This document shows positions 37,296 to 46,935 of a DNA stretch of 64,000 nt, piece by piece. The notes under the pieces are model-generated. The model was not told the origin of the DNA. It was given only the letters and a program-made list of their open reading frames with translations, and searched no databases. The stretch's first letter is position 1; each line of letters opens with the position of its first letter. A program made the translations under genes and the position numbers. Origin of the DNA: Roseibacillus sp. (GTDB lineage: Bacteria > Verrucomicrobiota > Verrucomicrobiia > Verrucomicrobiales > Akkermansiaceae); the NCBI GenBank assembly GCA_051251855.1, contig JBPOGI010000001.1, forward strand, positions 96,001 to 160,000, in the 5' to 3' direction.

Positions 37296-38333
37296 ATGAG
37301 GGTTTGTGTAATTAAGGTTAACCAATTAGGTGATTCGGTTGTGGGTCTTCCCATGGTTGGTGAGCTTGTGGACGCGTTCGGGAGAGAAAGCGTTTTTATT
37401 ATAACTACTCCGATAGCAGCAGGTCTCTATTCTGAACTTGTTCCTGCTCAGAACCTATTGGTGATGGAACGGGCTATTTTCAATTCAGCTTGGAAACGAC
37501 CGTTGGTTTTTGTGAAGATTTGGAGTTTTTTGTTTAGGGCTCGGCTGGATGCTTTATTTAATCCATTTGATCAAGGAAATTTGGCACGATTAGTTGGATC
37601 CTTGGTTCCGTGTAAAATGCGTTTTTCGATGTCAAACCCTCAAGTTCGCTTTAACGGATTTGGCTATTCGGTTGTGCCTTTCGAGGAATCTCTCAGCATG
37701 CATGAAAATAACTGGAAGCTGTTTCGAGAGAGTGCGAAGCGAATAGGCATAGAAAAACCTAAGGTTCTTCCCGCATCACCTTTAAAGTATTTGCCCGGAG
37801 ATGATGGCATTGTCACAGAGAATGATGATTCTTGCTCGGACGGTCGAAGAGTTCTTATTCATCCCGGCTCGAGTCGGGCTACTACTCAGTGGGAATATTC
37901 GAGATTCGTTTTACTCGCGAATCGACTGAGTTCAGATGGTTACAGTGTGACGTGGATGTTGGAAGGGGAGCGTCCAGCAGGACTGACGGCCGAAGTTGAT
38001 GCCCTTCCGCGTGATTCTCTTGAAAATTTCGTTCGCAAGCTTAGAGATTTTGACCTCTTCGTTGGCAATAATTCGGGTCCGATGCATCTAGCTGATGTAG
38101 TTGGTCTTAGGTTGGTCATCATACCTGGTCCAGCCGCAGTAGGGTGGGACCCATACTGGGCTAAGGTGATACGTATGCTTCGAGTTGAGGGGCTGGCTTG
38201 TCAGCCTTGCGAAGTTTTGGGGCAGCTCAAACCGTCTTGTCGTCTTACAAGTGAACCACATGCCTGTCAGGGTAGGATTAGGGTCGAAGATGTATACTCT
38301 ACGATTTTAGCGCTAGGGAGAGGAAGAGTCTGA
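37296..38333 (+). CDS. Family 9 (heptosyltransferase-like) glycosyltransferase
   Basis: LGDSV, LIHPGS....W, VGNNSGPMHLA, C-terminal CQPC..C..C; ATG at 37296. Confidence 0.85.
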   Translation: MRVCVIKVNQLGDSVVGLPMVGELVDAFGRESVFIITTPIAAGLYSELVPAQNLLVMERAIFNSAWKRPLVFVKIWSFLFRARLDALFNPFDQGNLARLVGSLVPCKMRFSMSNPQVRFNGFGYSVVPFEESLSMHENNWKLFRESAKRIGIEKPKVLPASPLKYLPGDDGIVTENDDSCSDGRRVLIHPGSSRATTQWEYSRFVLLANRLSSDGYSVTWMLEGERPAGLTAEVDALPRDSLENFVRKLRDFDLFVGNNSGPMHLADVVGLRLVIIPGPAAVGWDPYWAKVIRMLRVEGLACQPCEVLGQLKPSCRLTSEPHACQGRIRVEDVYSTILALGRGRV

Positions 38334-38343
38334 TTTTTAGGAG

Positions 38344-39330
38344 ATGAAAGAAGAACAACTCGCAAGATTAAGAGAACTAAAGGTGTTGGTGGTTGGCGAT
38401 GTGATGTTAGATCGTTACGTTTTTGGGCGAGTGAGCCGAGTCTCTCCAGAGGCTCCCGTTCCAGTCTGTGAGGCTGTTGAGGATCGTGCTGTGCTTGGAG
38501 GAGCAGGAAATGTTTGCCGAAATCTTTCGGACTTTGGATGCCAAACTAGTATTATTGGTTTGGTTGGAAAAGATGAGTCTTCAGCAGAGGTTCATGCTCT
38601 CTGCGATTCTTTGAAGATTGAGTCGTGTGGCTTGGTTTGCGATGGGGAGCGTCCGACCTCAGTGAAGACTCGTGTGCTAGGTAATGGCCAACAAATTGTA
38701 AGGGTGGATAGGGAGTCTCGAGAACAGGTGAGTTCGAATATCGAGCAGGCTCTTGTTGCTGAGATAGAGAGGGTTGGCTCTGACTGTGATGCTATTATCG
38801 TTTCTGATTATGCAAAAGGTTGCCTGGGCCCAGCGGTGGTATCGAAACTGCGCGATTTTGCCCAGAGTGGAATGATTGTTGGTGTTGATCCTCACCCAAA
38901 CAATCTTCAAAATTGGTCTGAGTTTTCAATTATTAAACCCAATTTTGATGAGTTGGTTCTAATCAGTGGAGTTGAGCTGAATCGAGACCTTGCAGGTGAC
39001 CCTTTCTCAGACCCTTCTTTTGTGAAGGCGGTTGATGGTCTTCGTGGAAGATGGGGGCCAGAGCACTTGTTGGTAACTTTGAGTAGTAATGGAATGATCT
39101 ATGTGGGCTCAGACCGAAGGCATTGCTGGGTTCCCACTCGAGCAGCTGAGGTGTATGATGTCTCGGGTGCTGGGGATACAGCGATGAGCTATTTCACGTT
39201 AGCGATTGCAGGCGGCCTTTCTGGAAGGGAAGCTACCGAATTCGCAACAATGGCGTCGGGATTGGTTGTTCGTAAGGTCGGTACTGCTTCGTTAAGCTAT
39301 GAGGAGGTCGCTGACCAATACAAAGAATAA
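38344..39330 (+). CDS. rfaE1: D-glycero-beta-D-manno-heptose-7-phosphate kinase (HldE domain I)
   Basis: VGDVMLDRY..G.V.RVSPEAPVPV, GGAGNV, SDYAKG, DVSGAGDT. Confidence 0.9.
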   Translation: MKEEQLARLRELKVLVVGDVMLDRYVFGRVSRVSPEAPVPVCEAVEDRAVLGGAGNVCRNLSDFGCQTSIIGLVGKDESSAEVHALCDSLKIESCGLVCDGERPTSVKTRVLGNGQQIVRVDRESREQVSSNIEQALVAEIERVGSDCDAIIVSDYAKGCLGPAVVSKLRDFAQSGMIVGVDPHPNNLQNWSEFSIIKPNFDELVLISGVELNRDLAGDPFSDPSFVKAVDGLRGRWGPEHLLVTLSSNGMIYVGSDRRHCWVPTRAAEVYDVSGAGDTAMSYFTLAIAGGLSGREATEFATMASGLVVRKVGTASLSYEEVADQYKE

Positions 39331-39912
39331 ATGATGAAGGATATTATTGAGTTTGAGTTAAAAGAGCACCTCGCTGTGATGAGCGATAGTGCAATGCCCT
39401 TTAAGGAATTGGAACTTGTTGTGGAAGCATGTTGTCGCTGTCTTGAGGGGGGGGGGAAACTCATGTTTTGTGGGAATGGAGGTTCTGCTGCCGATGCTCA
39501 ACATTTAGCGGCTGAATTTGTTGTGAGATATCGTCAGAACAGAGAACCATTGGCTGCGGTGGCTCTATCAACCGATGCTAGTGCCCTTACTGCTGCTGGA
39601 AACGATTTTGGCTTTGAGGTTGTGTTTGAACGGCAAGTTCAGAGTTTAGGTCGTGAAGGGGATCTTCTATTCTTGATAAGCACTTCTGGAAATAGTGAAA
39701 ACGTTTTACGGGCTTTGGTGGCAGCAAAGGCGAGGGGGGTGATGACTGTAGCAATTACTGGTGCCAATCCGAGTAGTCTTTCTGGCGGAGCTGATTTATC
39801 GATCATGATTCCCTCTCGCAACACCGCTCGAATTCAGGAGGCTTATATGTTTCTTGGTCATTTGCTTTGTGGTGTTGTTGAAGAGCGTATGAAAGGGGCT
39901 GAAGGTGCATAA
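39331..39912 (+). CDS. gmhA: Sedoheptulose-7-phosphate isomerase
   Basis: CGNGGSAADAQHLAAE, NDFG, ISTSGNS, RIQE. Confidence 0.95.
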   Translation: MMKDIIEFELKEHLAVMSDSAMPFKELELVVEACCRCLEGGGKLMFCGNGGSAADAQHLAAEFVVRYRQNREPLAAVALSTDASALTAAGNDFGFEVVFERQVQSLGREGDLLFLISTSGNSENVLRALVAAKARGVMTVAITGANPSSLSGGADLSIMIPSRNTARIQEAYMFLGHLLCGVVEERMKGAEGA

Positions 39913-39919
39913 ATATCCG

Positions 39920-40399
39920 ATGAAAACGAAAGTGAGTTCGCTTGATGATTTGGTGTCGTGGCGGGTTGGGATGGAGACGAAGGGGGCAAAGGTGGTTTTG
40001 ACTAATGGTTGCTTTGATTTGGTGCATTGTGGACATCTGAAAAACCTGCAGTATTCGGCTTCATTGGGTGATTCCTTGGTCGTTGCCGTTAACAGCGACT
40101 CTTCAGTGAGAACGTTGAAGGGGCCAAACCGGCCCTTGATTGACGAGGTCGATAGGGCAGAGCTTTTAGGTGGATTCGAATGCGTCGATAAGGTTGTGAT
40201 TTTTTCGGAGGTGAGGCTTACCAAGGTGATTGAAAGATTGAGGCCTGATATTTATGTTAAGGGCGGAGACTATACGGTTGAGACCCTGGATCGTGGAGAA
40301 AGGAAGGCACTCGAAGATGCGGGATGCGAGATTTTCTTTTTCGATTTATTAGAGGGGCGTTCAACTTCCTCTCTTTTTGACCGAATTAAGCAGACATAG
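39920..40399 (+). CDS. rfaE2: Heptose-1-phosphate adenylyltransferase (HldE domain II)
   Basis: TNGCFDLVHCGH, VNSDSSV..LKG..RP, VKGGDY, STS. Confidence 0.92.
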   Translation: MKTKVSSLDDLVSWRVGMETKGAKVVLTNGCFDLVHCGHLKNLQYSASLGDSLVVAVNSDSSVRTLKGPNRPLIDEVDRAELLGGFECVDKVVIFSEVRLTKVIERLRPDIYVKGGDYTVETLDRGERKALEDAGCEIFFFDLLEGRSTSSLFDRIKQT

Positions 40400-40400
40400 A

Positions 40401-40973
40401 ATGGGCAAGAGAATTAAAGCGGTTCTGCTAGATAGAGACGGTGTTATAAACTTGGAGCGTGGGCATATTCGTAGTGTCGAGGAGTTTGAGGTTCTGAAAG
40501 GGGTTGGGGAGGCTATCGCAATTTTAAACCGCGAAGGTATTAAGGTTGCGGTGCTTACAAATCAGTCAGGAATAGCAAGGGGCTATCTCACGGAGGACGG
40601 ATTGGAGGAAATACACCTAAAGTTGAGAGATTTTCTCGCTAACGAGAAGGGGCATCTGGATGCTCTGTTTTATTCGCCATGGTTGAATCAACCTGAACTC
40701 GATGGAGGAGTGGCCCAATACCTATGCGAGCATCCTGATCGAAAGCCTAGTCCTGGAATGATTCAGAAGGCGTTGAAGTGTTTCAATATCGAGACGGGCG
40801 AAGTATGTTTAGTCGGAGATAGTGGAGGAGATCAAGAGGCGGCCAAGAGGGCTGGTGTTTCTTTCTTTGGCGTGGCTTCAAGCAAAGTTGAAGAACTTTC
40901 GAAAGAGGCTATTGTTTTTGAGTCGCTACTAGCATTTGTAGAGTGGCTTCAAGGACGAGAGTTCGTAGTCTGA
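40401..40973 (+). CDS. gmhB: Heptose-1,7-bisphosphate phosphatase
   Basis: LDRDGVIN, TNQSGIARG, RKPSPGM, VGD...D. Confidence 0.9.
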   Translation: MGKRIKAVLLDRDGVINLERGHIRSVEEFEVLKGVGEAIAILNREGIKVAVLTNQSGIARGYLTEDGLEEIHLKLRDFLANEKGHLDALFYSPWLNQPELDGGVAQYLCEHPDRKPSPGMIQKALKCFNIETGEVCLVGDSGGDQEAAKRAGVSFFGVASSKVEELSKEAIVFESLLAFVEWLQGREFVV

Positions 40974-40986
40974 ATAAACTAAGAAG

Positions 40987-42177
40987 ATGCAAGTTATTCA
41001 GGTTTTTAATCGGTATTTAGAACGCGGAGGCGAGGAAAAGTCGGTAGAACGAATCGCTTCTCATATCGAGAATTTAGGGCATCAACTTGATCGCGTTTGG
41101 ATTAGTAGTGAGGAGTGGCTTGGGGAAGGTGGACCGTCGAAGGTTGAGCAAATACGACGGATGTTCGCAAATTCAGAATTTGAGTCACGCTTGGCAGAAA
41201 GGATCGATGGTCAGCAAGTTGATTGTTTTGTAACTCATAATCTTTATCCGGTTGCTTCGCCTTCAGTTTACCGATTTGCGCAAGAAAATGAGTTTCCGCT
41301 CATACAGTTTGTGCATAATTTCAGGCCCTTTTCGGTTGGCGGCTCGCTCTGGGTGGGTGGGAAAGTGGTGTCAGACGGGCTGAAGGGGAATCACTTAGCT
41401 GAAGTTCTTTCTGGGTCATGGCAAGATTCAGTGCTCAAATCTGCGGTAATGGGGGCAGTGTTATGGAATTTGCAGCGAAAAGAATGGTTAGAGGCCGTGA
41501 CTTGCTGGGTTGCGATTTCCGATTTTATGCGTGAAAAGTTTATTGAGGCGGGGATTCCGGGAGAGAAGATTGTTACTTTGCGGCACTCTTGGGATCCAAG
41601 GTTGATGGAGAATCAGGAAGGTGAGGGGGATTACTATTTGTTTCTGAGCCGCCTCGTTCCTGAGAAGGGAACCCAAAGTCTCTTGAACGCTTGGAATTTG
41701 TTGGAAGACGAAATGGGGGGGGCATGTCCGAAGCTCTTGATCGGTGGCACCGGCTCGGATGAGAATCTAGTTCGAAAAGCTTCAGAGAATTCAGACAAGA
41801 TCGAGTTTCTTGGTTTCGTGTCAGGAGACGAGAAAAGTAAGTTGATCGAGAAGTGTCGAGCGATGTTAGCTCCTTCGGTTTGGTGGGAACCTTTGGGCCT
41901 CGTTACTTATGAAGCTTATGACAATGGGCGGCCAATGATTGCAGCTCGGTCCGGTGGTTTAAGCGAAACCATTGAAGATGGGGTGACGGGATTTTTACAT
42001 GAAGTGGGCAGTGCTGACTCCCTAATGAGATGTGTTTTACAAATGGAAGAGCGAGGAGCGAGTGCTAGGAGAGAAATGGGAATTGCGGGGAGAGAGTGGC
42101 TCTTGAGGGAGGCGAGCCCCGAGAAATGGAAAAGTGAATTCCAAAAAATCCTATTGGGCGTTTCGAGCGACAAGTAG
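40987..42177 (+). CDS. Family 4 glycosyltransferase
   Basis: GGEE, HNFR, RLVPEKG, PSVWWEPLGLVTYEA. Confidence 0.9.
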   Translation: MQVIQVFNRYLERGGEEKSVERIASHIENLGHQLDRVWISSEEWLGEGGPSKVEQIRRMFANSEFESRLAERIDGQQVDCFVTHNLYPVASPSVYRFAQENEFPLIQFVHNFRPFSVGGSLWVGGKVVSDGLKGNHLAEVLSGSWQDSVLKSAVMGAVLWNLQRKEWLEAVTCWVAISDFMREKFIEAGIPGEKIVTLRHSWDPRLMENQEGEGDYYLFLSRLVPEKGTQSLLNAWNLLEDEMGGACPKLLIGGTGSDENLVRKASENSDKIEFLGFVSGDEKSKLIEKCRAMLAPSVWWEPLGLVTYEAYDNGRPMIAARSGGLSETIEDGVTGFLHEVGSADSLMRCVLQMEERGASARREMGIAGREWLLREASPEKWKSEFQKILLGVSSDK

Positions 42178-42201
42178 TAAGGTGAAGAGGAAGTAGATTA
42201 A

Positions 42202-43176
42202 ATGAGCGCTTTTTGGGGTAAATCACACCTGTTAGTCATATCGGTGGTGTTTCTGGTTATGTTTACATTGCTGGGGTATTCGTCGGGTTATGGCACCGTT
42301 GTTGATGGAGGGGTTGTTTTTTTAAGAAGTAGTCTGCTCAGTCATATGAAGGCGGACTATTCTAGGGACGGAGGAGAGTGGAGTTTTGGATATTTTGTGC
42401 CTTTTGCGGTTGGTGCCTTGTTTTGGTTTCGGAGGAAAGAGTTGCTGGGGACGGAAGTGAAGCCAGCTCTTGTCGTTGGAGGAGCGATTTGTGTGATGGC
42501 GTTCCTTCTTTATTGGGCGGGTTATCGCGGTGAGCAGAAGTATTTCGGCTATGCAGCGGGGCAGTTACTGGCTCTCGGTGCGATTTTTTGGTTTCTGGGT
42601 TGGGGGTGGTTTCGGAAGTTGTTTTGGCTTTGGGTATTGTTGGGGATGATGTGGCCGTGGCGGTTTTTGATTGGGCGAATTTCGGCGCCTTTGCAGATGG
42701 CAATGGTGAAGTTGACCTCGGGTTTTATGAACTTGATAGGAGTAGATGCGGTGGCGAGTGGCAGCTCTTTGAGCACGGCATCAACAGACCCTGTGACGAG
42801 CCTGCCGATCAGTTTGGACGTGGATGTGGCTTGTTCGGGTATGCGGTCGTTGTTTGCCTTGACGATGATTGGTTTGGTCTTTGCCTTCCTGCGTGTGAAG
42901 GATGAGTGGAAAAGGTGGGCTCTGATGGCGTTTGTGCCCGTAGTCGCGATATTAGGAAACTTTGTTCGGATGCTGATGCTCTATTTCGGCTCTGTCCTTT
43001 GGGGAACGGATTTTGCCATTGGTGAGAATCACGAAATGTCCGCGTTCCATATGTTGGCAGGTCTCATGGTCTTTGTTGTCGCGCTGATTTTAATGTCAGG
43101 TTTGGTCGGTATCTTTGAGGGAGGTTGGAAGAAGTTTTTCACTCGTCGTAAGGTCACTATTAAGAAAGTGTCCTAG
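42202..43176 (+). CDS. Exosortase (EpsH family)
   Basis: About 8 TM; VDVACSGMRSL (Cys), GNFVRM (Arg), AFHMLAG (His) catalytic triad. Confidence 0.9.
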   Translation: MSAFWGKSHLLVISVVFLVMFTLLGYSSGYGTVVDGGVVFLRSSLLSHMKADYSRDGGEWSFGYFVPFAVGALFWFRRKELLGTEVKPALVVGGAICVMAFLLYWAGYRGEQKYFGYAAGQLLALGAIFWFLGWGWFRKLFWLWVLLGMMWPWRFLIGRISAPLQMAMVKLTSGFMNLIGVDAVASGSSLSTASTDPVTSLPISLDVDVACSGMRSLFALTMIGLVFAFLRVKDEWKRWALMAFVPVVAILGNFVRMLMLYFGSVLWGTDFAIGENHEMSAFHMLAGLMVFVVALILMSGLVGIFEGGWKKFFTRRKVTIKKVS

Positions 43177-43197
43177 GGGTAAAACGAAGAATTTATT

Positions 43198-43953
43198 ATG
43201 AATCTTTTTTGGAGAAGCGGAATCTTTGGGGGACTGGCACTGGTCACCGTTTTGTCGTGTTTGTTTTTCAGCGACTCAAAGACCAATCCGGTTGCAGGGG
43301 TAGTAGTTTGGTTACCAGATGAGTTGTCAGATTATGAGGTCGATACGGGGGTCATGGGAGAGGAAGAGAAAAAATGGCTCCCATCGGACACGACGTTTCT
43401 CAAGCGTGTTTACACAGAACGGTGGCTGCCTAAGCAAGAAGCGGATTTTCGAGCTTTGAGCGCCACGCTTATTGTGGCTGGTTCTGATTCACGTAGTCTG
43501 CACCGTCCGCAGGTGTGTTTGACTGCTCAGCATTGGACCATCGAGAAGCGAGAGGTGGTTAAGTTAGATACGAAAGGAGGCCCACTAGAGGTGATGGATT
43601 TTCATCTTGTGAGGACGGTTAGGAATCAGGATGGAAGTGCCCGTTTGGATGAAAGTGGCGAGCCATTGTTCATTCGGGCTCACTATGTCTACTGGTGGAT
43701 TGGGCCGGATGCCTCGACTGCTTCGGATGAGGAGCGAGTTTGGTTAGAGGTGTGGAACAGTATCTTAAAAGGGCGCAAGGAGCGCTGGGCTTACCCAAGT
43801 GTCATGGTGTGGGTGGATCCACGGGAGAAGCAGGGGGAGGCTCGGGAAAGGGCTTTTGAATTTATTAAGGAATATGCTCCTGATTTTCAGAAGTCTTTAG
43901 GAGCCCAAGATCGTGAAGGGGCAGTTGATCTGAAGTCGATAGGTTCTGAGTAA
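43198..43953 (+). CDS. Exosortase-associated EpsI-family protein
   Basis: N-terminal TM, LPSDT...R.Y, SLHRPQVCL..Q.W, YVYWWI; directly after the exosortase. Confidence 0.82.
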   Translation: MNLFWRSGIFGGLALVTVLSCLFFSDSKTNPVAGVVVWLPDELSDYEVDTGVMGEEEKKWLPSDTTFLKRVYTERWLPKQEADFRALSATLIVAGSDSRSLHRPQVCLTAQHWTIEKREVVKLDTKGGPLEVMDFHLVRTVRNQDGSARLDESGEPLFIRAHYVYWWIGPDASTASDEERVWLEVWNSILKGRKERWAYPSVMVWVDPREKQGEARERAFEFIKEYAPDFQKSLGAQDREGAVDLKSIGSE

Positions 43954-44847
43954 GTGTTCAAAGGAAAGAAAATAGGGTTGTGGATTGGAGTTCTTCGCCC
44001 ACAGCATTGGATTAAGAGTGGTTTTTGTGCAGCCGCTCTTTTTTTTAGCGGGCAAGCTGCGAATTGGGAGCGTTGGACGCAGCTGATTCCGGTATTGGTC
44101 GCTTTTAGTGTGTTGGCAAGTTCAGGCTATCTGTTGAACGATGTCTGGAATCGCAAAGAGGATCAGCTTCATCCGAGGAAAAAATTTCGACCCGTTGCTT
44201 CGGGCCAATTGGGTGTGCGAAGTGTGTTATTGGTTTCGGCGATCTTGAGTGTGATCGGTTTGGGGATATTGGGGATGTCGTATGGCTTTCATGGGCAAGC
44301 CGCAGTTCCTTTGTGGCATGGCTTTGCTTACTTGGGGTTGACTGCTTCCTATTCGCTGTTGTTTCGCGATATGCCGCTTTTGGATGTCTTGGTTCTGGGG
44401 GTTGGTTTTGTGATTCGTGTCTCTGTTGGTGCATTTGCTATTGGGGTCGCGCCTACACTATGGATTCTAGGTTGCACTTATGGCTTGGCGCTTTTGCTGA
44501 GTTTTGGAAAAAGGTTGGGTGAGTGGCGCTTGATAGAAAAACGTGGTGCTTCGGTAGGGGAGACTCGATTGGCTCTGAGGGGATACACAGAAGCTCTGTT
44601 GCGCGTTCTTGTGGGGGCTGGAGCGGCAGTGACAGGTGGCTCTTACTTCGCCTACTGTCTTTCGCATCCGGAACGGGAGATTCTGATTCTCACGGTTATT
44701 CCTGTGATTGTGGGTTTGATGAGCTACCTCCGTTTGGCTTGGCGTTCGGAAGTGGTGGAGACTCCTGAGAAATTGTTGTTTCGAAGTCCGTTGTTGTTGG
44801 GCTGTGTGGTCGCATGGTTGGGAATGATCGCCTTTGTGGCCTTTTAA
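43954..44847 (+). CDS. UbiA-family polyprenyl-phosphate phosphoribosyltransferase (DPPR synthase-like)
   Basis: LRPQHWIKS, YLLND....EDQLHPRKKFRPVASG, YS..F, GFVIRV, GKR..E. Confidence 0.85.
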   Translation: MFKGKKIGLWIGVLRPQHWIKSGFCAAALFFSGQAANWERWTQLIPVLVAFSVLASSGYLLNDVWNRKEDQLHPRKKFRPVASGQLGVRSVLLVSAILSVIGLGILGMSYGFHGQAAVPLWHGFAYLGLTASYSLLFRDMPLLDVLVLGVGFVIRVSVGAFAIGVAPTLWILGCTYGLALLLSFGKRLGEWRLIEKRGASVGETRLALRGYTEALLRVLVGAGAAVTGGSYFAYCLSHPEREILILTVIPVIVGLMSYLRLAWRSEVVETPEKLLFRSPLLLGCVVAWLGMIAFVAF

Positions 44848-44914
44848 GTACGATAAAAGAGAGAGGGATGAGTGTTGCTTGGCTGTGAAATGGATAAGAA
44901 GAGACAGTTTTTGA

Positions 44915-46201
44915 ATGATGAATGAGGGAAAATCATGGGGACAATTTCCCGCTGTTCAAACTCAGGTGACAGACGCCTGGTGGCGTGATGAGGTAGAGGA
45001 CGTCGAGGGGCGATACTTGCCGGTGGGATTGGGCCGAAGCTATGGGGATAGCGGCTTACTCTCAGAAAAGCGTGGGACGATGCTCTCAATGGCTCGCTGT
45101 CGGAATTTTGTGAGTTTTGATCAGGATGCAGGGGTGCTCGAGGTGGAGGCGGGGTGTTCTCTCGGGGAAATCTTGGAGTGGAGTGTTCCGCGCGGGTTCT
45201 TTTTGCCGGTGGTACCAGGAACAAAGCACGTGACGGTGGGGGGAGCAATTGCCAATGATATTCATGGTAAAAATCATCATGGGGCGGGAACCTTTGGTCG
45301 ATGGGTTGAAGGTTTTGAGCTCTATCGTTCGGGGCAAGGCTGGCTCTATTGCAGCCGGGAAAGAAATCGGGAGTTTTTTGAGGCAAGCATCGGCGGTTTA
45401 GGGCTGACGGGGGTGATGGGGCGAGTGGCTATCAGGATGAAGGGGATTGAGGGGGAAGGGTTGGTTCAGCAGGAGACTGTGCGGTTTGGAAATTTGTTAG
45501 AAGGAGCTGAGGCTTTAGAGGAGCTGGATGAACAGTATCCCATGACTGTTGCTTGGGTGGATATGGCCAGTCACCGAATGGGTCGTGGGGTAGCGATGGG
45601 GGGGCGCTTTGTGTCAGGAGAGATTACTCCAAGCGATAGGCGCCGATTGAGAGTTCCGTGTGATGCTCCTTCGTGCTTACTGAGTCGACCTGCGATTCGC
45701 GGGTTCAATTCTCTTTACTCGATGACGCGTCGGGTTGGTTCGTCCAAACTCCCCTTCACTTCGTATTTCTTTCCTTTGGATGGAGTTGAGGGATGGAATC
45801 GGCTTTATGGGAGGCGGGGTTTTTTACAGTATCAATGCGTCGTGCCTATGGGGGCGATTGAGGTGTTGGTTCAGTTGCAGGAGCTTATTTCTTCTTCGGG
45901 GCAGGGCGCTTTCTTGTCTGTGTTGAAGAAGTTTGGTTCTTTAGAGTCTCCAGGTTGGCTTTCATTCCCGATGCCTGGTTGGACCCTTGCGATGGACTTT
46001 CCGATGGAAAGTGAGGCGACACTTTCTCTTTTGGGCCGAATGGATATTTTAGTCCGAGAGGCGGGAGGGCGCCTCTATCCGGCAAAGGACGCTCGTATGG
46101 ACTCGATGTTTTTCCAAGAGAGTTTTCCTCGCTGGGCAGAACTCGAAAAAATGAGAGATGAGTCGATCACGTCAGAGTTTTGGGAAAGAGTAGCACGATG
46201 A
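44915..46201 (+). CDS. DprE1-like FAD-dependent polyprenylphosphoryl-ribose oxidase
   Basis: GLGRSYGD, VPGTKHVTVGGAIANDIHGKNHH, WNRLYG..GFLQYQ, VLKKFG, GWTLAMDF, RLYPAKD. Confidence 0.88.
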   Translation: MMNEGKSWGQFPAVQTQVTDAWWRDEVEDVEGRYLPVGLGRSYGDSGLLSEKRGTMLSMARCRNFVSFDQDAGVLEVEAGCSLGEILEWSVPRGFFLPVVPGTKHVTVGGAIANDIHGKNHHGAGTFGRWVEGFELYRSGQGWLYCSRERNREFFEASIGGLGLTGVMGRVAIRMKGIEGEGLVQQETVRFGNLLEGAEALEELDEQYPMTVAWVDMASHRMGRGVAMGGRFVSGEITPSDRRRLRVPCDAPSCLLSRPAIRGFNSLYSMTRRVGSSKLPFTSYFFPLDGVEGWNRLYGRRGFLQYQCVVPMGAIEVLVQLQELISSSGQGAFLSVLKKFGSLESPGWLSFPMPGWTLAMDFPMESEATLSLLGRMDILVREAGGRLYPAKDARMDSMFFQESFPRWAELEKMRDESITSEFWERVAR

Positions 46202-46935
46202 GTCGAGTGGTGGTCATAGGAGCGACATCTGCGATAGGAGCATCCATGGTGAGAATGTTTGCAGAGAGAGGGTGCGAACTGATTCTTGTGGGACGCAATG
46301 AGCAGCGTCTTGAGGGGGTGGCTAAGGATGCTTCGGTCAAGGGGGCGGCATCAGTCAAGACGCGAGTGGCCGATTTGGCGCAAGTTGAAGAGTGCCGGCA
46401 GCTTGGAGCTTGGATTTTGGAGTTGCCAGAAGTTGATGAGGCAGTGATTTTGCCTGGAATTCTGAGTGACGAATTTGCTGGAGTAGAGGAATGGAGCCGA
46501 GATGTGGCGGTGAACTTTACGGCACCTTCCTATCTGGCTCGTCTAGTCATTGAGAAAATGGCGAAAAGTGAGGCAGGAGGACATTTGGTTTTGGTCGGTT
46601 CTGTGGCTGGGGATAGAGGCCGGCAGTCCAATGGTTTCTACGGAGCTCAGAAGGGGGCTCTCGAAACTTATGTCGCAGCACTGAGACACCGTGCGTTTCT
46701 GGCGAATAGAAAAGTGGGAGTGAGTTTCGTTAAACCTGGATTCGTGGTGAGTCCGATGACGGAGGCTGTGAAAAAGAATGCTCTTTTTTCTGAGCCGGAT
46801 GTAGTTGCAAAAAAGATACTGCGTTTATTAAAGAAGGGGCGTAGCGGGGTTGTCTATGCACCAGGATGGTGGAGATTGATTATGTTTGTGGTGAAAGCGG
46901 TCCCTCTTGTTATTTTTCACCGAACTCGAATGTGA
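46198..46935 (+). CDS. DprE2-like short-chain reductase
   Basis: IGATSAIG, GSVAGDRGRQSN.FYGAQK, KPGFV.SPMT; ATGA coupling to the DprE1-like gene. Confidence 0.85.
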   Translation: MSRVVVIGATSAIGASMVRMFAERGCELILVGRNEQRLEGVAKDASVKGAASVKTRVADLAQVEECRQLGAWILELPEVDEAVILPGILSDEFAGVEEWSRDVAVNFTAPSYLARLVIEKMAKSEAGGHLVLVGSVAGDRGRQSNGFYGAQKGALETYVAALRHRAFLANRKVGVSFVKPGFVVSPMTEAVKKNALFSEPDVVAKKILRLLKKGRSGVVYAPGWWRLIMFVVKAVPLVIFHRTRM

